DNA of 64,000 bases from NCBI GenBank assembly GCA_028534125.1, contig CM052817.1, positions 72,046,001 through 72,110,000 of the forward strand, given 5' to 3'. Numbering within the stretch: position 1 is the stretch's first letter; each line of letters begins with the position of its first letter. The notes beneath the pieces are model-generated. The model was not told where the DNA came from. It ran no database searches and was given only the letters and a program-made list of their open reading frames with translations. This document shows, one piece after another, positions 60,881 to 64,000 of the stretch. The position numbers and the translations under genes were made by a program. The DNA is from Lama glama (lineage: Eukaryota).

Positions 60881-63800
60881 CTTCTAGTTATAGTGTACTA
60901 AAGGGGAATGACTTCCAGGGTCTCGGGGCTTGGTTTAAATGGTATAGCACTTGTTATCGAAATACATTGGCTGTTCTTCATCTAGATACCATTTAAGTAT
61001 ATCTTTTTCTTCCCTACAAGTGTAATTGGCTGCCATTAATTAATTTTTATAAAGAGCTTTAAAGATGAAAAGTGGCATCTAAGTAGTGACTCATCAAGCA
61101 TGAGTGCAAGTTCAACACCTGTGTGATGCACCGTTAGACTCTGAAGATAAGAGTAAATGATAGTGACTTTTAGGGACACCAAAGAAAGGCATGAATCCCT
61201 TTTCTGAAGGAAAATATTGCATAAGATGACACATATGTAATAAATGCTTGAACATTCTATTCAATACTTTTACAATGACCAAAAATTGCTATTTTCCAAA
61301 ACAAAAATTTCTGAAATGGATATTAAGCGTAACTTTTACTGAAATACAGGGAACATTGATCTTGAGGGTTTTTTATAGATTGTTTGCCATTTGTGATGTG
61401 CATATTGGTAATTATGACTAAAACCTTCTGGGGCAACCAAAGACATCAAGGTCTCTATACAATTCCATTTCAAGGGATAATTTGGTTCAGTGTATCTAAA
61501 TATATCGAATGATGAACCATGCAAACAAATGGTGCTCTCATGCTCTGTGACGTAAAAGAGTGAAGATATATAAGCACACACCAAATTTTGACTCTACAAT
61601 TCATTACATAAGCATATATTTTAAATGTGCTTTTCCTCTAGCATTTTATTGATTCTATATATTATCTATTTGTAGAAACCTTAGCTAAAACAGAATAAAG
61701 CATGCACTGTGAAACACTATTTATATAATTTGTAAGTCGTAGGGTTCTTCCTTGGGAGGAGAGAAAAACAACAGAAAGACTATCTATAACCCCAAGCTCT
61801 GTGTATCTGATGTAGTCTCATATAGAGAGAGGGACAGATATGATATTATAAGTATTCTGTATATGTTTGTTGACTTGTGTCCTAAGAAGATACTCATTTG
61901 ATATTCATTTTAGTGTGCCATGATATTATATATATAATATATAATCCAGAATATATTTTAATTAAAATTATTAGATCTAAATTATATCATTATTTACTTT
62001 TTCAAAACCAACACGTTTGGTGGTAGGTTCATGTCTATAATCTTCCATTCTTGTACACAAAGGAAAAGTAATTTAGTTTCACATTATAGGCATATAAATT
62101 TCCTGATATAAATTTTGTACTAATTCTAATCATTTTTCCTGGCTCTGTGTAGAAAGATACTCATCAACTAATCCGAGTTTGTCTTAATCTTAAATGTTTA
62201 GAAAAAAATATTGGCAAAAGAATTATCATCATCTTACAATAAAAACACACACAAAATGAGGATATGATTTGTGTAAATATTTCACCATTTTGTATGGCCA
62301 ACTGTAATTTCTCATAGCACATATTTTTCCTTCACAGTAATCCACTGTTTGTGTATTTAACAAAGTAAAGCTGAGAGATCCTGACTTTCATAAACTTCTT
62401 AGCAGAATCTCTTGGCATTATAATTTGCCTGTTGACTTTTAGTCCTAATTGGTTCATTTATTTCAAGATGAAGCAACAAAAATTTTATAACTTGCTGATT
62501 GATATTTTGCCTTCTATAGTATTGTTCTTTCTCAAACATTAGAATGTAGTGTTCAAGAATATTTGTTGTAAGCATGTCTTAAAAGATATTTCCCCAGGGC
62601 AATATTCAGTTTCAAATTATGGTGATGATTTTGATGAAAAAAATGGGTGTTATAAGATGAATTTTTGTAGGTCAGTCAATGGGCCATTTTATAACAATAT
62701 CATTCGTTTTCTCCAGGCCTTAGCATGTCTATGAAAAAAGCCAATGGAAAAAAAGGATAGATAAACTGGATTCCAAGTATTAATGTATCAATACATCATA
62801 TATTTCAAGTTTCTTCCCCGTAAAATATGAGTTGGATTTTTTTTTAAAAAAAGGATAGTTTCTGAAATTTTAAAACCAATTTTATGAATATTTTGTAAAG
62901 ATTCAGTTGCATAAAACATTTATAATCTACATGCAGTGATACTTAGATTAGTACTAGATTTAGAGTTGAGCTGCATGAAAGAACAAATGAATCTGTAGGA
63001 GAATTCTATAATATCTAGTTTAAAGGTGAAAATTCTGTGAGCCAATAACTATTTGTGTTAGGTGTAGCCTTAGTCATGACTCAAATCTCATTGAGACCTC
63101 TTATGAAAAAAGCATATCTCTTCCTTTGGCTTCAAGTATTAGACAGTAGTCTATTGTTTCAGATGCCTATCTCTAGGCTTGGACCAGTTTCTCCTCTCCC
63201 TGTTATCACTAAATCTCTTAGAAAGAGGGTGTTTTGGAGGAGGTGATATCTTCATGAGAAGAGAGAGAAAGTGACAGCAATTAAAAAGAGTAACACGACG
63301 GCTTGATGTATTAGAGAACTGTAAACATATTTTCATATCTGTCTGTCTACCTATTGACCTACCTGTGTAATCCATCTATCAGTCAAGCACACTTCCAAAG
63401 CTCATCTTTTAGTTCTGCTTCAGTTGGAATGCTTCTGTCTCCTGTTGATGGATAGTGTTCCAGGGCTTGTTGTAGTTACCAGTTTCCACATCCTTGTACA
63501 CAGAAAAAAGAAAAAAAAAACCCATGATGTATTATAATCAGACTCAGTCACATTGAATATTGTGGTTTCTATTTGATCCTGACTTGACTCACCAACCATC
63601 TCTATACCAGTGTCTCATTTTTAGAAAAGATTCCCCAAATAAGACATTTTAAGTTTACACCTAGAATTGCAGTAACTTTAAAGTTCTTAGATTATCTAGA
63701 TCTTTCCATTCCAGATATTATTTTAAATATAAAATTATTTTGCTGATACCTGTTCAAGTATTGAATCAGTTGTCACCAGTGCCCTTAATGTTCGGTAAGG

Positions 63801-64000
63801 GCAAATTTTCTCAGATACTGAATAGTCATTTAAATTACATTGTGGACATTTTCCTAAGAAGGATCCAAAATTCAATATTCAAAATATCCATAAAGTTATT
63901 TTCATCAAAATATTGCACATATTCGAATAAAAGCAGGTAATATTATAGGAAAAATTAAATCATGATGATATTATATAAATTCCTTAGTTTATCAAATATT

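Noticed and set aside
145..63940. The 60-145 aa ORFs in the supplied track as protein-coding genes
   Set aside because: No recognisable domains; many start at TTG/GTG, overlap decayed repeats or are low-complexity. Their size is what non-coding mammalian DNA yields by chance.

Overview
AT-rich mammalian genomic DNA with no CpG island, no recognisable protein-coding exon, no intact RNA gene and no prokaryotic features. It is a mosaic of decayed interspersed repeats: L3/CR1, L2, MIR, a MamSINE1-like element, MaLR/MLT1 LTRs, hAT-Charlie DNA transposons, old L1M pieces and five younger L1 3' ends. Between these lie multi-kb stretches in which I recognise no repeat. The younger L1 ends, and the absence of any Alu, B1, Bov-tA, PRE1 or Can-SINE I could see, suggest a cetartiodactyl, probably a camelid (inference). 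The only ORF with a recognisable product (9939-10214) is the C-terminus of L1 ORF2. All MaLR LTR fragments and 4 of 5 young L1s lie on the minus strand, which suggests a long intron of a plus-strand gene that I cannot name. I found no new multi-gene system. The best leads are a perfect DR5 retinoic-acid response element (16352-16368), a DR2 in the B-box of an ancient SINE (38169-38182), a 39-nt locally copied segment (56690-56728 vs 58145-58183), L1 insertions with target-site duplications and odd junctions, and several palindromes or hairpins. Repeat names come from memory of consensus sequences, and repeat boundaries are approximate.
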